From assembly GCA_002189035.1 (NCBI GenBank), contig NEEC01000027.1, positions 636,451-700,450 on the forward strand: a stretch of 64,000 nucleotides of DNA. The letters run 5' to 3'. This document shows positions 12,101 through 26,900 of this stretch, one piece after another; position 1 is the stretch's first letter, and every line of letters begins with the position of its first letter. The notes beneath the pieces were generated by a model. The model was not told the origin of the DNA, searched no databases, and saw nothing but the letters and a program-made list of their open reading frames with translations. The translations under genes were made by a program, and so were the position numbers. The stretch is from Utricularia gibba (Eukaryota; Plantae; Magnoliophyta).

Positions 12101-15100
12101 CGCGAACGTCATGGCAACTTTGTGGCACAATTGAAGGCTAATATAAGGAAATAATTCGAGCTCTGATAAATCGTCGGACGACGAAGCTTCCATCACGGAT
12201 GATGACCGCCTCGGAATGAGCTTCGAAACGGTGTGTCGTGCGCAACGCGGGTAATCACGGTTTTGAAGATATCGACAAGATATTGAACGAGGCACGAGGC
12301 ATGCATCAGGTGTGCGTAAGAACACACCCGTGGCATTGTAAGGGATCGCCTCGAAAACGAAAATTTCACACCTTCCAATGAAATCCATATGTTTGATAGC
12401 GATAAATCACATTCGTCGAATCGGAAGTCCCGAGTCGCATCGTCGCGAACGTCGTGGCCAATTTGGGGCACAATTGAAGGCTAACATACGACAATAATTC
12501 GAGCTCTGATACATCGTCGGATGACAAAGCTTCCAACACGGAAGATGACCGCCTCGAATGAGCTTCGAAACGGTGTGTCGTGCGCTACGTGCTCATCACG
12601 GTTTTCAAGATATCGATAAAATACAGAATGGTGCACGAGGCATGCATCATGTGTGCGTAAGAACACACCCGGCATTGTAAGGGATCGCCTCGAAAACGAA
12701 AATTTCACACCTTCCAATGAAATGCATATGTATTGCATGCGCGAAATCCCATTCCTGTCGAATCGGAAGTCCCGAGTCAAACCATCGCGAACGTCGTGGC
12801 CACTTTGTGGCACAATTGAAGGCTAATAGAAGGCAATAATTCGAGCTCTGATACATTGTCGGACGACAAAGCTTCCAACACGGAAGATGACCGGCTCAGA
12901 ATGAGCTTTGAAACGGTATCCTGTGCGTAGCGTGACTTATCACGGTTTGCAAGATATCGACAAGATATTGAACGAGGCACGAGGCATGCATCATGTGTGC
13001 GTAGGAACACACCCGTGGCATTGTAAGGGATCGCGTCGAAAACAAAAATTTCACACCTTCCAATGAAATGCATATGCTTTGCATGCGAGAAATCCCATTC
13101 CTGTCGAATCGGAAGTCCCGAGTCACACCATCGCGAACGTCGTGGCCACTTTGTGGCACAATTGAAGGCTAATAGAAGGCAATAATTAGAGCTCTGATAC
13201 ATCGTCGGATTACGAAGCTTCCAACACGGAAGATGCTCGGCTAAGAATGAGCTTTGAAACGTCATGCCGTGCGCAGCGTGACTCATCACGGTTTGCAAGA
13301 TATCGACAAGATATTGAACGAGGCACGAGGCATGCATCAGGTGTGCGTAAGAACACACCCGTGGCATTGTAAGGGATCGCCTCGAAAACGAAAATTTCAC
13401 ACCTTCCAATGAAATGCATATGTATTGCATGCGCGAAATCCCATTCCTGTCGAATCGGAAGTCCCGAGTCAAAGCATCGCGAACGTCGTGGCCACTTTGT
13501 GGCACAATTGAAGGCTAATAGAAGGCAATAATTCGAGCTCTGATACATTGTCGGACGACAAAGCTTCCAACACGGAAGATGACCGGCTTAGAATGAGCTT
13601 TGAAACGGTATCTGTGCGTAGCGTGACTTATCACGGTTTGCAAGATATCGACAAGATATTGAACGAGGCACGAGGCATGCATCATGTGTGCGTAGGAACA
13701 CACCCGTGGCATTGTAAGGGATCGCGTCGAAAACAAAAATTTCACACCTTCCAATGAAATGCATATGCTTTGCATGCGAGAAATCCCATTCCTGTCGAAT
13801 CGGAAGTCCCGAGTCACACCATCGCGAACGTCGTGGCCACTTTGTGGCACAATTGAAGGCTAATAGAAGGCAATAATTCGAGCTCTGATACATTGTCGGA
13901 CGACAAAGCTTCCAACACGGAAGATGACCGGCTCAGAATGAGCTTTGAAACGGTATCCTGTGCGTAGCGTGACTCATCACGGTTTGCAAGATATCGACAA
14001 GATATTGAACGAGGCAAGAGGCATGCATCATGTGTGCGTAGGAACACACCCGTGGCATTGTAAGGGATCGCGTCGAAAACGAAATTTTCACACCTTCCAA
14101 TGAAATGAATATGTTTTGCAAGCGAGAAATCACATTCGCGTCGAATCGGAAGTCCCGAGTCGCATCGTCGCGAACGTTGTGGCCAATTTGGGGCACAATT
14201 GAAGGCTAAAATACGGCAATAATTCGAGCTCTGATACATCGTCGGACGACAAAGCTTCCAACACGGAAGATGACCGGCTCAGAATGAGATTTAAAACGTC
14301 ATGCTGTGCGCAGCGTGACTCATCACGGTTTGCAAGATATTGCAAGATATTGAACGCGGCACGAAGCATGCATCAGTTGTGCGTATGAACACACCCGTGG
14401 CATTGTAAGGGATCACCTCAAAAATGAAAATTTCACACCTTCCAATGAAATCCATATGTTTTACAAACGAGAAATCACATTCGCGTCGAATCGGAAGCCC
14501 CGAGTCGAATTATCGCGAACGTCATGGCAACTTTGTGGCACAATTGAAGGCTAATATAAGGAAATAATTCGAGCTCTGATAAATCGTCGGACGACGAAGC
14601 TTCCATCACGGATGATGACCGCCTCGGAATGAGCTTCGAAACGGTGTGTCGTGCGCAATGCGGGTAATCACGGTTTTGAAGATATCAACAAAATACGGAA
14701 TTGTGCACGAGGTCTACATCAGGTGTGGTTGGAAACACCCGTGGCATTGTAAGGGATCGCCTCGAAAACGAAAATTTCACACCTTCCAATGAAATCCATA
14801 TGTTTGATAGCGAGAAATCACATTCACGTCGAATCGGAAGTCCCGAGTCGCATCGTCGCAACGTCGTGGCCAATTTGGGGCACAATTGAAGGCTAATATA
14901 CGACAATAATTCGAGCTCTGATACATCGTCGGATGACAAAGCTTCCAACACGGAAGATGACCGCCTCCGAATGAGCTTCGAAACGGTGTGTCGTGCGCAA
15001 CGCGGTAATCACGGTTTGAAGATATCGACAAAATACGGAATGGTGCACGAGGCTACATCAGGTGTGGGTTGGAAAACACCCGTGGCATTGTAAGGGATCG

Positions 15101-15773
15101 CCTCGAAAACGAAAATTTCACACCTTCCAATGAAATGCATGCGCGAAATCCCATTCCTGTCGAATCGGAAGTCCCGAGTCAAACCATCGCGAACGTCGTG
15201 GCCACTTTGTGGCACAATTGAAGGCTAATAGAAGGCAATAATTCGAGCTCTGATACATTGTCGGACGACAAAGCTTCCAACACGGAAGATGACCGGCTCA
15301 GAATGAGCTTTGAAACGGTATCCTGTGCGTAGCGTGACTTATCACGGTTTGCAAGATATCGACAAGATATTGAACGAGGCACGAGGCATGCATCATGTGT
15401 GCGTAGGAACACACCCGTGGCATTGTAAGGGATCGCGGCGAAAACAAAAATTTCACACCTTCCAATGAAATGCATATGCTTTGCATGCGAGAAATCCCAT
15501 TCCTGTCGAATCGGAAGTCCCGAGTCACACCATCGCGAACGTCGTGGCCACTTTGTGGCACAATTGAAGCTAATAGAAGGCAATAATTAGAGCTCTGATA
15601 CATCGTCGGATTACGAAGCTTCCAACACGGAAGATGCTCGGCTAAGAATGAGCTTTGAAACGTCATGCCGTGCGCAGCGTGACTCATCACGGTTTGCAAG
15701 ATATCGACAAGATATTGAACGAGGCACGAGGCATGCATCAGGTGTGCGTAAGAACACACCCGTAGCATTGTAA

Positions 15774-16789
15774 GGGATCGCCTCAAAACGAAAATTTCAC
15801 ACCTTCCAATGAAATGCATATGTTTTGCATGTGAGAAATCGCATTCGCGTCGAATCGGAAGTCCCGAATCGCATCGTCGCGATCGTCGTTGCCACTTTGT
15901 GGCACAATTGATGGCTAATATAAGGCAATAAATCGAGCTCTGATACATCGTCGAACGACGATGCTTCCAACACGGAAGATGACCGCCTTCGAATGAGCTT
16001 CGAAACGGTGTGTCGTGCGCGACGCGGGTAATCACAGTTTTGAAGATATCGACAAAATACGGAATGGTGCACGAGGTCTACATCAGGTGTGGGTTGTAAG
16101 GGATCGCCTCGAAAACGAAAATTTCACACCTTCCAATGAAATCCATATGTCTTGAAAGCGAGAAATCACATTCGCGTCGAATCGGAAGTCCCGAATCGCA
16201 TCGTCGCGATCGTCGTGGCCACTGTGTGCCACAAATGAAGGCTAATATAAGTCAATAATTCATGCTCTCATACATCGTCGGTCGACAAAGCTCCAACACG
16301 GAAGATGACCGGCTCGGAATGAGCTTCGAAACGGTGTGTCGTGCGCAACGCGGCTCATCACGGTTCTCAAGATATCGACAAAATACGGGATGGTGCACGA
16401 GTCCTGTATCAGGTTTGGGTTGGAACACACCCGACGCATTGTAAGGGATCGCCGCGAAAACGAAAATTTCACACCTTCCAATGAAATGCATATGTTTTGC
16501 AAATGAGAAATCACATTCGCGTCTAATCGGAAGTCCGAGTCGCATCGTCACGAACATCGTGGCCACTTTGTGGCATAATTGAAGGCTAATATAAGGCAAT
16601 AATTCGAGCTCTGATACATTGTCGGACGACAAAGCTTCCAACACGGAAGATGACCGGCTAATAATGAGCTTTGAAACGGTATCCTGTGCGTAGCGTGACT
16701 CATCACGGTTTGCAAGATATCGACAAGATATTGAACGAGGCACGAGGCATGCATCATGTGTGCGTAGGAACACACCCGTGGCATTGTAA
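15774..16789 (+). repeat. Island of three diverged monomers (G/H/I), copy 1
   Basis: Many private substitutions, e.g. GATCGTCGTTGCC, TTGATGGCT, CCACTGTGTGCCACAAATG, CATGCTCTCATAC, GAGTCCTGTATCAGGTTTGGG, GCGTCTAATCGG, GGCATAATTG, plus a 19 bp deletion. Confidence 0.92.
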
Positions 16790-19204
16790 GGGATCGCGTC
16801 GAAAACGAAAATTTCACACCTTCCAATGAAATGCATATGTTTTGCATGCGAGAAATCACATTCGCATCGAATCGGAAGTCCCGAGTCGCATCGTCGCGAA
16901 CGTCGTGGCCAATTTGGGGCACAATTGAAGGCTAAAATACGGCAATAATTCGAGCTCTGATACATCGTCGGACGACAAAGCTTCCAACACGGAAGATGAC
17001 CGGCTCAGAATGAGATTTAAAACGTCATGCTGTGCGCAGCGTGACTCATCACGGTTTGCAAGATATTGCAAGATATTGAACGCGGCACGAAGCATGCATC
17101 AGTTGTGCGTATGAACACACCCGTGGCATTGTAAGGGATCACCTCAAAAATGAAAATTTCACACCTTCCAATGAAATCCATATGTTTTACAAACGAGAAA
17201 TCACATTCGCGTCGAATCGGAAGCCCCGAGTCGAATTATCGCGAACGTCATGGCATTTTTGTGGCACAATTGAAGGCTAATATAAGGAAATAATTCGAGC
17301 TCTGATAAATCGTCGGACGACGAAGCTTCCATCACGGATGATGACCGCCTCAGAATGAGCTTCGAAACGGTGTGTCGTGCGCAACGCGGGTAATCACGGT
17401 TTTGAAGATATCGACAAGATATTGAACGAGGCACGAGGCATGCATCAGGTGTGCGTAAGAACACACCCGTGGCATTGTAAGGGATCGCCTCGAAAACGAA
17501 AATTTCACACCTTCCAATGAAATCCATATGTTTGATAGCGATAATCACATTCACGTCGAATCGGAAGTCCCGAGTCGCATCGTCGCGAACGTCGTGGCCA
17601 ATTTGGGGCACAATTGAAGGCTAACATACGACAATAATTCGAGCTCTGATACATCGTCGGATGACAAAGCTTCCAACACGGAAGATGACCGCCTCCGAAT
17701 GAGCTTCGAAACGGTGTGTCGTGCGCTACGTGGCTCATCACGGTTTTCAAGATATCGATAAAATACAGAATGGTGCACGAGGCATGCATCATGTGTGCGT
17801 AAGAACACACCCGTGGCATTGTAAGGGATCGCCTCGAAAACGAAAATTTCACACCTTCCAATGAAATGCATATGTATTGCATGCGCGAAATCCCATTCCT
17901 GTCGAATCGGAAGTCCCGAGTCAAACCATCGCGAACGTCGTGGCCACTTTGTGGCACAATTGAAGGCTAATAGAAGGCAATAATTCGAGCTCTGATACAT
18001 TGTCGGACGACAAAGCTTCCAACACGGAAGATGACCGGCTTAGAATGAGCTTTGAAACGGTATCCTGTGCGTAGCGTGACTTATCACGGTTTGCAAGATA
18101 TCGACAAGATATTGAACGAGGCACGAGGCATGCATCATGTGTGCGTAGGAACACACCCGTGCATTGTAAGGGATCGCGTCGAAAACAAAAATTTCACACC
18201 TTCCAATGAAATGCATATGCTTTGCATGCGAGAAATCCCATTCCTGTCGAATCGGAAGTCCCGAGTCACACCATCGCGAACGTCGTGGCCACTTTGTGGC
18301 ACAATTGAAGGCTAATAGAAGGCAATAATTAGAGCTCTGATACATCGTCGGATTACGAAGCTTCCAACACGGAAGATGCTCGGCTAAGAATGAGCTTTGA
18401 AACGTCATGCCGTGCGCAGCGTGACTCATCACGGTTTGCAAGATATCGACAAGATATTGAACGAGGCACGAGGCATGCATCAGGTGTGCGTAAGAACACA
18501 CCCGTCGCATTGTAAGGGATCGCCTCGAAAACGAAAATTTCACACCTTCCAATGAAATGCATATGTATTGCATGCGCGAAATCCCATTCCTGTCGAATCG
18601 GAAGTCCGAGTCAAAGCATCGCGAACGTCGTGGCCACTTTGTGGCACAATTGAAGGCTAATAGAAGGCAATAATTCGAGCTCTGATACATTGTCGGACGA
18701 CAAAGCTTCCAACACGGAAGATGACCGGCTTAGAATGAGCTTTGAAACGGTATCCTGTGCGTAGCGTGACTTATCACGGTTTGCAAGATATCGACAAGAT
18801 ATTGAACGAGGCACGAGGCATGCATCATGTGTGCGTAGGAACACACCCGTGGCATTGTAAGGGATCGCGTCGAAAACGAAAATTTCACACCTTCCAATGA
18901 AATGCATATGTTTTGCATGCGAGAAATCACATTCGCATCGAATCGGAAGTCCCGAGTCGCATCGTCGCGAACGTCGTGGCCAATTTGGGGCACAATTGAA
19001 GGCTAAAATACGGCAATAATTCGAGCTCTGATACATCGTCGGACGACAAAGCTTCCAACACGGAAGATGACCGGCTCAGAATGAGATTTAAAACGTCATG
19101 CTGTGCGCAGCGTGACTCATCACGGTTTGCAAGATATTGCAAGATATTGAACGCGGCACGAAGCATGCATCAGTTGTGCGTATGAACACACCCGTGCATT
19201 GTAA

Positions 19205-20929
19205 GGGATCACCTCAAAAATGAAAATTTCACACCTTCCAATGAAATCCATATGTTTTACAAACGAGAAATCACATTCGCGTCGAATCGGAAGCCCCGAG
19301 TCGAATTATCGCGAACGTCATGGCAACTTTGTGGCACAAATTGAAGGCTAATATAAGGAAATAATTCGAGCTCTGATAAATCGTCGGACGACGAAGCTTC
19401 CATCACGGATGATGACCGCCTCGGAATGAGCTTCGAAACGGTGTGTCGTGCGCAACGCGGGTAATCACGGTTTTGAAGATATCGACAAAATACGGAATGG
19501 TGCACGAGGTCTACATCAGGTGTGGGTTGGAAAACACCCGTGGCATTGTAAGGGATCGCCTCGAAAACGAAAATTTCACACCTTCCAATGAAATGCATAT
19601 GTATTGCATGCGCGAAATCCCATTCCTGTCGAATCGGAAGTCCCGAGTCAAAGCATCGCGAACGTCGTGGCCACTTTGTGGCACAATTGAAGGCTAATAG
19701 AAGGCAATAATTCGAGCTCTGATACATTGTCGGACGACAAAGCTTCCAACACGGAAGATGACCGGCTTAGAATGAGCTTTGAAACGGTATCCTGTGCGTA
19801 GCGTGACTTATCACGGTTTGCAAGATATCGACAAGATATTGAACGAGGCACGAGGCATGCATCATGTGTGCGTAGGAACACACCCGTGGCATTGTAAGGG
19901 ATCGCGTCGAAAACAAAAATTTCACACCTTCCAATGAAATGCATATGCTTTGCATGCGAGAAATCCATTCCTGTCGAATCGGAAGTCCCGAGTCACACCA
20001 TCGCGAACGTCGTGGCACTTTGTGGCACAATTGAAGGCTAATAGAAGGCAATAATTAGAGCTCTGATACATCGTCGGATTACGAAGCTTCCAACACGGAA
20101 GATGCTCGGCTAAGAATGAGCTTTGAAACGTCATGCCGTGCGCAGCGTGACTCATCACGGTTTGCAAGATATCGACAAGATATTGAACGAGGCACGAGGC
20201 ATGCATCAGGTGTGCGTAAGAACACACCCGTGCATTGTAAGGGATCGCCTCGAAAACGAAAATTTCACACCTTCCAATGAAATGCATATGTATTGCATGC
20301 GCGAAAATCCCATTCCTGTCGAATCGGAAGTCCCGAGTCAAAGCATCGCGAACGTCGTGGCCACTTTGTGGCACAATTGAAGGCTAATAGAAGGCAATAA
20401 TTCGAGCTCTGATACATTGTCGGACGACAAAGCTTCCAACACGGAAGATGACCGGCTAGAATGAGCTTTGAAACGGTATCCTGTGCGTAGCGTGACTCAT
20501 CACGGTTTGCAAGATATCGACAAGATATTGAACGAGGCACGAGGCATGCATCATGTGTGCGTAGGAAACACACCCGTGGCATTGTAAGGGATCGCGTCGA
20601 AAACGAAAATTTCACACCTTCCAATGAAATGCATATGTTTGCATGCGAGAAATCACATTCGCATCGAATCGGAAGTCCCGAGTCGCATCGTCGCGAACGT
20701 CGTGGCCAATTTGGGGCACAATTGAAGGCTAAAATACGGCAATAATTCGAGCTCTGATACATCGTCGGACGACAAAGCTTCCAACACGGAAGATGACCGG
20801 CTCAGAATGAGATTTAAACGTCATGCTGTGCGCAGCGTGACTCATCACGGTTTGCAAGATATTGCAAGATATTGAACGGGCACGAAGCATGCATCAGTTG
20901 TGCGTATGAACACACCCGTGGCATTGTAA
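19205..20929 (+). repeat. 5-mer HOR unit (1725 bp)
   Basis: A anchors at 19205 and 20930; order A-B-C-D-E. Confidence 0.88.
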
Positions 20930-23900
20930 GGGATCACCTCAAAAATGAAAATTTCACACCTTCCAATGAAATCCATATGTTTTACAAACGAGAAATCACA
21001 TTCGCGTCGAATCGGAAGCCCCGAGTCGAATTATCGCGAACGTCATGGCAACTTTGTGGCACAATTGAAGGCTAATATAAGGAAATAATTCGAGCTCTGA
21101 TAAATCGTCGGACGACGAAGCTTCCATCACGGATGATGACCGCCTCGGAATGAGCTTCGAAACGGTGTGTCGTGCGCAACGCGGGTAATCACGGTTTGAA
21201 GATATCGACAAACGGAATGGTGCACGAGGTCTACATCAGGTGTGGGTTGGAAAACACCCGTGGCATTGTAAGGGATCGCCTCGAAAACGAAAATTTCACA
21301 CCTTCCAATGAAATGCATATGTATTGCATGCGCGAAATCCCATTCCTGTCGAATCGGAAGTCCCGAGTCAAACCATCGCGAACGTCGTGGCCACTTTGTG
21401 GCACAATTGAAGGCTAATAAAGGCAATAATTCGAGCTCTGATACATTGTCGGACGACAAAGCTTCCAACACGGAAGATGACCGGCTAGAATGAGCTTTGA
21501 AACGGTATCCTGTGCGTAGCGTGACTTATCACAAGATATCGACAAGATATTGAACGAGGCACGAGGCATGCATCATGTGTGCGTAGGAACACACCCGTGG
21601 CATTGTAAGGGATCGCGTCGAAAACAAAAATTTCACACCTTCCAATGAAATGCATATGTTTTGCATGCGAGAAATCCCATTCCTGTCGAATCGGAAGTCC
21701 CGAGTCACACCATCGCGAACGTCGTGGCCATTTGTGGCACAATTGAAGGCTAATAGAAGGCAATAATTAGAGCTCTGATACATCGTCGGATTACGAAGCT
21801 TCCAACACGGAAGATGCTCGGCTAAGAATGAGCTTTGAAACGTCATGCCGTGCGCAGCGTGACTCATCACGGTTTGCAAGATATCGACAAGATATTGAAC
21901 GAGGCACGAGGCATGCATCAGGTGTGCGTAAGAACACACCCGTAGCATTGTAAGGGATCGCCTCGAAAACGAAAATTTCACACCTTCCAATGAAATGCAT
22001 ATGTATTGCATGCGAGAAATCCCATTCCTGTCGAATCGGAAGTCCCGAGTCACACCATCGCGAACGTCGTGGCCACTTTGTGGCACAATTGAAGGCTAAT
22101 AGAAGGCAATAATTCGAGCTCTGATACATTTTGGACGACAAAGCTTCCAATACGGAAGATGACAGCTCAGAATGAGCTTTGAAACGGTATCCTGTGCGTA
22201 GCGTGACTCATCACGGTTTGCAAGATATCGACAAGATATTGAACGAGGCACGAGGCATGCATCAGTTGTGCGTATGAACACACCGTGGCATTGTAAGGGA
22301 TCTCAAAATGAAAATTTCACACCTTCCAATGAAATCCATATGTTTTTCAAACGAGAAATCACATTCGCGTCGAATCGGAAGCCCGAGTCGAATTATCGCG
22401 AACGTCATGGCAATTTGTGGCACAATTGAAGGCTAATATAAGGAAATAATTCGAGCTCTGATAAATCGTCGGACGACGAAGCTTCCATCACGGATGATGA
22501 CCGCCTCGGAATGAGCTTCGAAACGGTGTGTCGTGCGCAACGCGGGTAATCACGGTTTTGAAGATATCGACAAAATACGGAATGGTGCACGAGGTCACAT
22601 CAGGTGTGGGTTGGAAAACACCCGTGGCATTGTAAGGGATCGCCTCGAAAACGAAAATTTCACACCTTCCAATGAAATCCATATGTCTTGATAGCGAGAA
22701 ATCACATTCACGTCGAATCGGAAGTCCCGAGTCGCATCGTCGCGAACGTCGTGGCCAATTTGGGGCACAATTGAAGGCTAAATACGACAATAATTCGAGC
22801 TCTGATACATCGTCGGATGACAAAGCTTCCAACACGGAAGATGACCGCTCCGAATGAGCTTCGAAACGGTGTGTCGTGCGCTACGTGGCTCATCACGGTT
22901 TTCAAGATATCGATAAAATACGAATGGTGCACGAGGCATGCATCATGTGTGCGTAGGAACACACCCGTGGCATTGTAAGGGATCGCGTCGAAAACAAAAT
23001 TTCACACCTTCCAATGAAATGCATATGCTTTGCATGCGAGAAATCCCATTCCTGTCGAATCGGAAGTCCCGAGTCAAACCATCGCGAACGTCGTGGCCAC
23101 TTTGTGGCACAATTGAAGGCTAATAGAAGGCAATAATTCGAGCTCTGATACATTGTCGGACGACAAAGCTTCCAACACGGAAGATGACCGGCTCAGAATG
23201 AGCTTTGAAACGGTATCCTGTGCGTAGCGTGACTATCACGGTTTGCAAGATATCGACAAGATATTGAACGAGGCACGAGGCATGCATCATGTGTGCGTAG
23301 AAACACACCCGTGGCATTGTAAGGGATCGCGTCGAAAACAAAATTTCACACCTTCCAATGAAATGCATATGCTTTGCATGCGAGAAATCCCATTCGTCGA
23401 ATCGGAAGTCCCGAGTCACGCCATCGCGAACGTCGTGGCCACTTTGTGGCACAATTGAAGGCTAATAGAAGGCAATAATTAGAGCTCTGATACATCGTCG
23501 GACGAAGCTTCCAACACGGAAGATGCTCGGCTAAGAATGAGCTTTGAAACGTCATGCCGTGCGCAGCGTGACTCATCACGGTTTGCAAGATATCGACAAG
23601 ATATTGAACGAGGCACGAGGCATGCATCAGGTGTGCGTAAGAACACACCCGTGCATTGTAAGGGATCGCCTCGAAAACGAAAATTTCACACCTTCCAATG
23701 AAATGCATATGTATTGCATGCGAGAAATCCATTCCTGTCGAATCGGAAGTCCCGAGTCAAAGCATCGCGAACGTCGTGGCCACTTTGTGGCACAATTGAA
23801 GGCTAATAGAAGGCAATAATTCGAGCTCTGATACATTGTCGGACGACAAAGCTTCCAACACGGAAGATGACCGGCTTTGAATGAGCTTTGAAACGGTATC

Positions 23901-26900
23901 TGTGCGTAGCGTGACTTATCACGGTTTGCAAGATATCGACAAGATATTGAACGAGGCACGAGGCATGCATCATGTGTGCGTAGGAACACACCCGTGGCAT
24001 TGTAAGGGATCGCGTCGAAAACAAAAATTTCACACCTTCCAATGAAATGCATATGCTTTGCATGCGAGAAATCCCATTCCTGTCGAATCGGAAGTCCCGA
24101 GTCACACCATCGCGAACGTCGTGGCCACTTTGTGGCACAATTGAAGGCTAATAGAAGGCAATAATTAGAGCTCTGATACATCGTCGGATTACGAAGCTTC
24201 CAACACGGAAGATGACCGGCTAAGAATGAGCTTTGAAACGTCATGCCGTGCGCAGCGTGACTCATCACGGTTTGCAAGATATCGACAAGATATTGAACGA
24301 GGCACGAGGCATGCATCAGGTGTGCGTAAGAACACACCCGTGCATTGTAAGGGATCGCCTCGAAAACGAAAATTTCACACCTTCCAATGAAATGCATATG
24401 TTTTGCATGCGAGAAATCCATTCCTGTCGAATCGGAAGTCCCGAGTCACACCATCGCGAACGTCGTGGCCACTTTGTGGCACAATTGAAGGCTAATAGAA
24501 GGCAATAATTAGAGCTCTGATACATCGTCGGACGACGAAGCTTCCAACACGGAAGATGACCGGCTAAGAATGAGCTTTGAAACGGTCATCCGTGCGCAGC
24601 GTGACTCATCACGGTTTGCAAGATATCAACAAGATATTGAACGAGGCACGAGGCATGCATCATGTGTGCGTAGGAACACACCCGTGGCATTGTAAGGGAT
24701 CGCGTCGAAAACGAAAATTTCACACCTTCCAATGAAATGCATATGTTTTGCATGCGAGAAATCACATTCGCATCGAATCGGAAGTCCCGAGTCGCATCGT
24801 CGCGAACGTCGTGGCCAATTTGGGGCACAATTGAAGGCTAAAATACGGCAATAATTCGAGCTCTGATACATCGTCGGACGACAAAGCTTCCAACACGGAA
24901 GATGACCGGCTCAGAATGAGATTTAAAACGTCATGCTGTGCGCAGCGTGACTCATCACGGTTTGCAAGATATTGCAAGATATTGAACGCGGCACGAAGCA
25001 TGCATCAGTTGTGCGTATGAACACACCCGTGGCATTGTAAGGGATCACCTCAAAAATGAAAATTTCACACCTTCCAATGAAATCCATATGTTTTACAAAC
25101 GAGAAATCACATTCGCGTCGAATCGGAAGCCCCGAGTCGAATTATCGCGAACGTCATGGCAACTTTGTGGCACAATTGAAGGCTAATATAAGGAAATAAT
25201 TCGAGCTCTGATAAATCGTCGGACGACGAAGCTTCCATCACGGATGATGACCGCCTCGGAATGAGCTTCGAAACGGTGTGTCGTGCGCAACGCGGGTAAT
25301 CACGGTTTTGAAGATATCGACAAAATACGGAATGGTGCACGAGGTCACATCAGGTGTGGGTTGAAAAACACCCGTGGCATTGTAAGGGATCGCCTCGAAA
25401 ACGAAAATTTCACACCTTCCAATGAAATGCATATGTATTGCATGCGCGAAATCCCATTCCTGTCGAATCGGAAGTCCCGAGTCAAACCATCGCGAACGTC
25501 GTGGCCACTTTGTGGCACAATTGAAGGCTAATAGAAGGCAATAATTCGAGCTCTGATACATTGTCGGACGACAAAGCTTCCAACACGGAAGATGACCGGC
25601 TCAGAATGAGCTTTGAAACGGTATCCTGTGCGTAGCGTGACTTATCACGGTTTGCAAGATATCGACAAGATATTGAACGAGGCACGAGGCATGCATCATG
25701 TGTGCGTAGGAACACACCCGTGGCATTGTAAGGGATCGCGTCGAAAACAAAAATTTCACACCTTCCAATGAAATGCATATGCTTTGCATGCGAGAAATCC
25801 CATTCCTGTCGAATCGGAAGTCCCGAGTCACACCATCGCGAACGTCGTGGCCACTTTGTGGCACAATTGAAGGCTAATAGAAGGCAATAATTAGAGCTCT
25901 GATACATCGTCGGATTACGAAGCTTCCAACGGAAGATGCTCGGCTAAGAATGAGCTTTGAAACGTATGCCGTGCGCAGCGTGACTCATCACGGTTTGCAA
26001 GATATCGACAAGATATTGAACGAGGCACGAGGCATGCATCAGGTGTGCGTAAGAACACACCCGTGCATTGTAAGGGATCGCCTCGAAAACGAAAATTTCA
26101 CACCTTCCAATGAAATGCATATGTTTTGCATGCGAGAAATCCCATTCCTGTCGAATCGGAAGTCCCGAGTCACACCATCGCGAACGTCGTGGCCACTTTG
26201 TGGCACAATTGAAGGCTAATAGAAGGCAATAATTCGAGCTCTGATACATCGTCGGACGACAAAGCTTCCAACACGGAAGATGACCGGCTCAGAATGAGCT
26301 TTGAAACGGTGCGTAGCGTGACTCATCACGGTTTGCAAGATATCGACAAGATATTGAACGAGGCAAAGGTGCATCAGTTGTGCGTATGAACACACCGTGG
26401 CATTGTAAGGGATCACCTCAAAAATGAAAATTTCACACCTTCCAATGAAATCCATATGTTTTACAAACGAGAAATCACATTCGCGTCGAATCGGAAGCCC
26501 CGAGTCGAATTATCGCGAACGTCATGGCAACTTTGGCACAATTGAAGGCTAATATAAGGAAATAATTCGAGCTCTGATAATCGTCGGACGACGAAGCTTC
26601 CATCACGGATGATGACCGCCTCGGAATGAGCTTCGAAACGGTGTGTCGTGCGCAACGCGGGTAATCACGGTTTGAAGATATCGACAAAATACGAATGGTG
26701 CACGAGGTCTACATCAGGTGTGGTTGGAAACACCCGTGGCATTGTAAGGGATCGCCTCGAAAACGAAAATTTCACACCTTCCAATGAAATCCATATGTTT
26801 GCAGCGAGAAATCACATTCCGTCGAATCGGAAGTCCCGAGTCGCATCGTCGCGAACGTCGTGGCCAATTTGGGCACAATTGAAGGCTAAATACGACAATA

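Larger units (their letters stand above)
1660..22296 (+). repeat. Super-repeat copy 1 (~24.6-24.7 kb period)
   Basis: HOR lengths are 8,5,7,7,3,7,8,6,5 monomers. Private markers at 2446, 11361, 15136, 15881, 16094 and 17251 all recur ~24.6-24.7 kb downstream. Confidence 0.9.
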
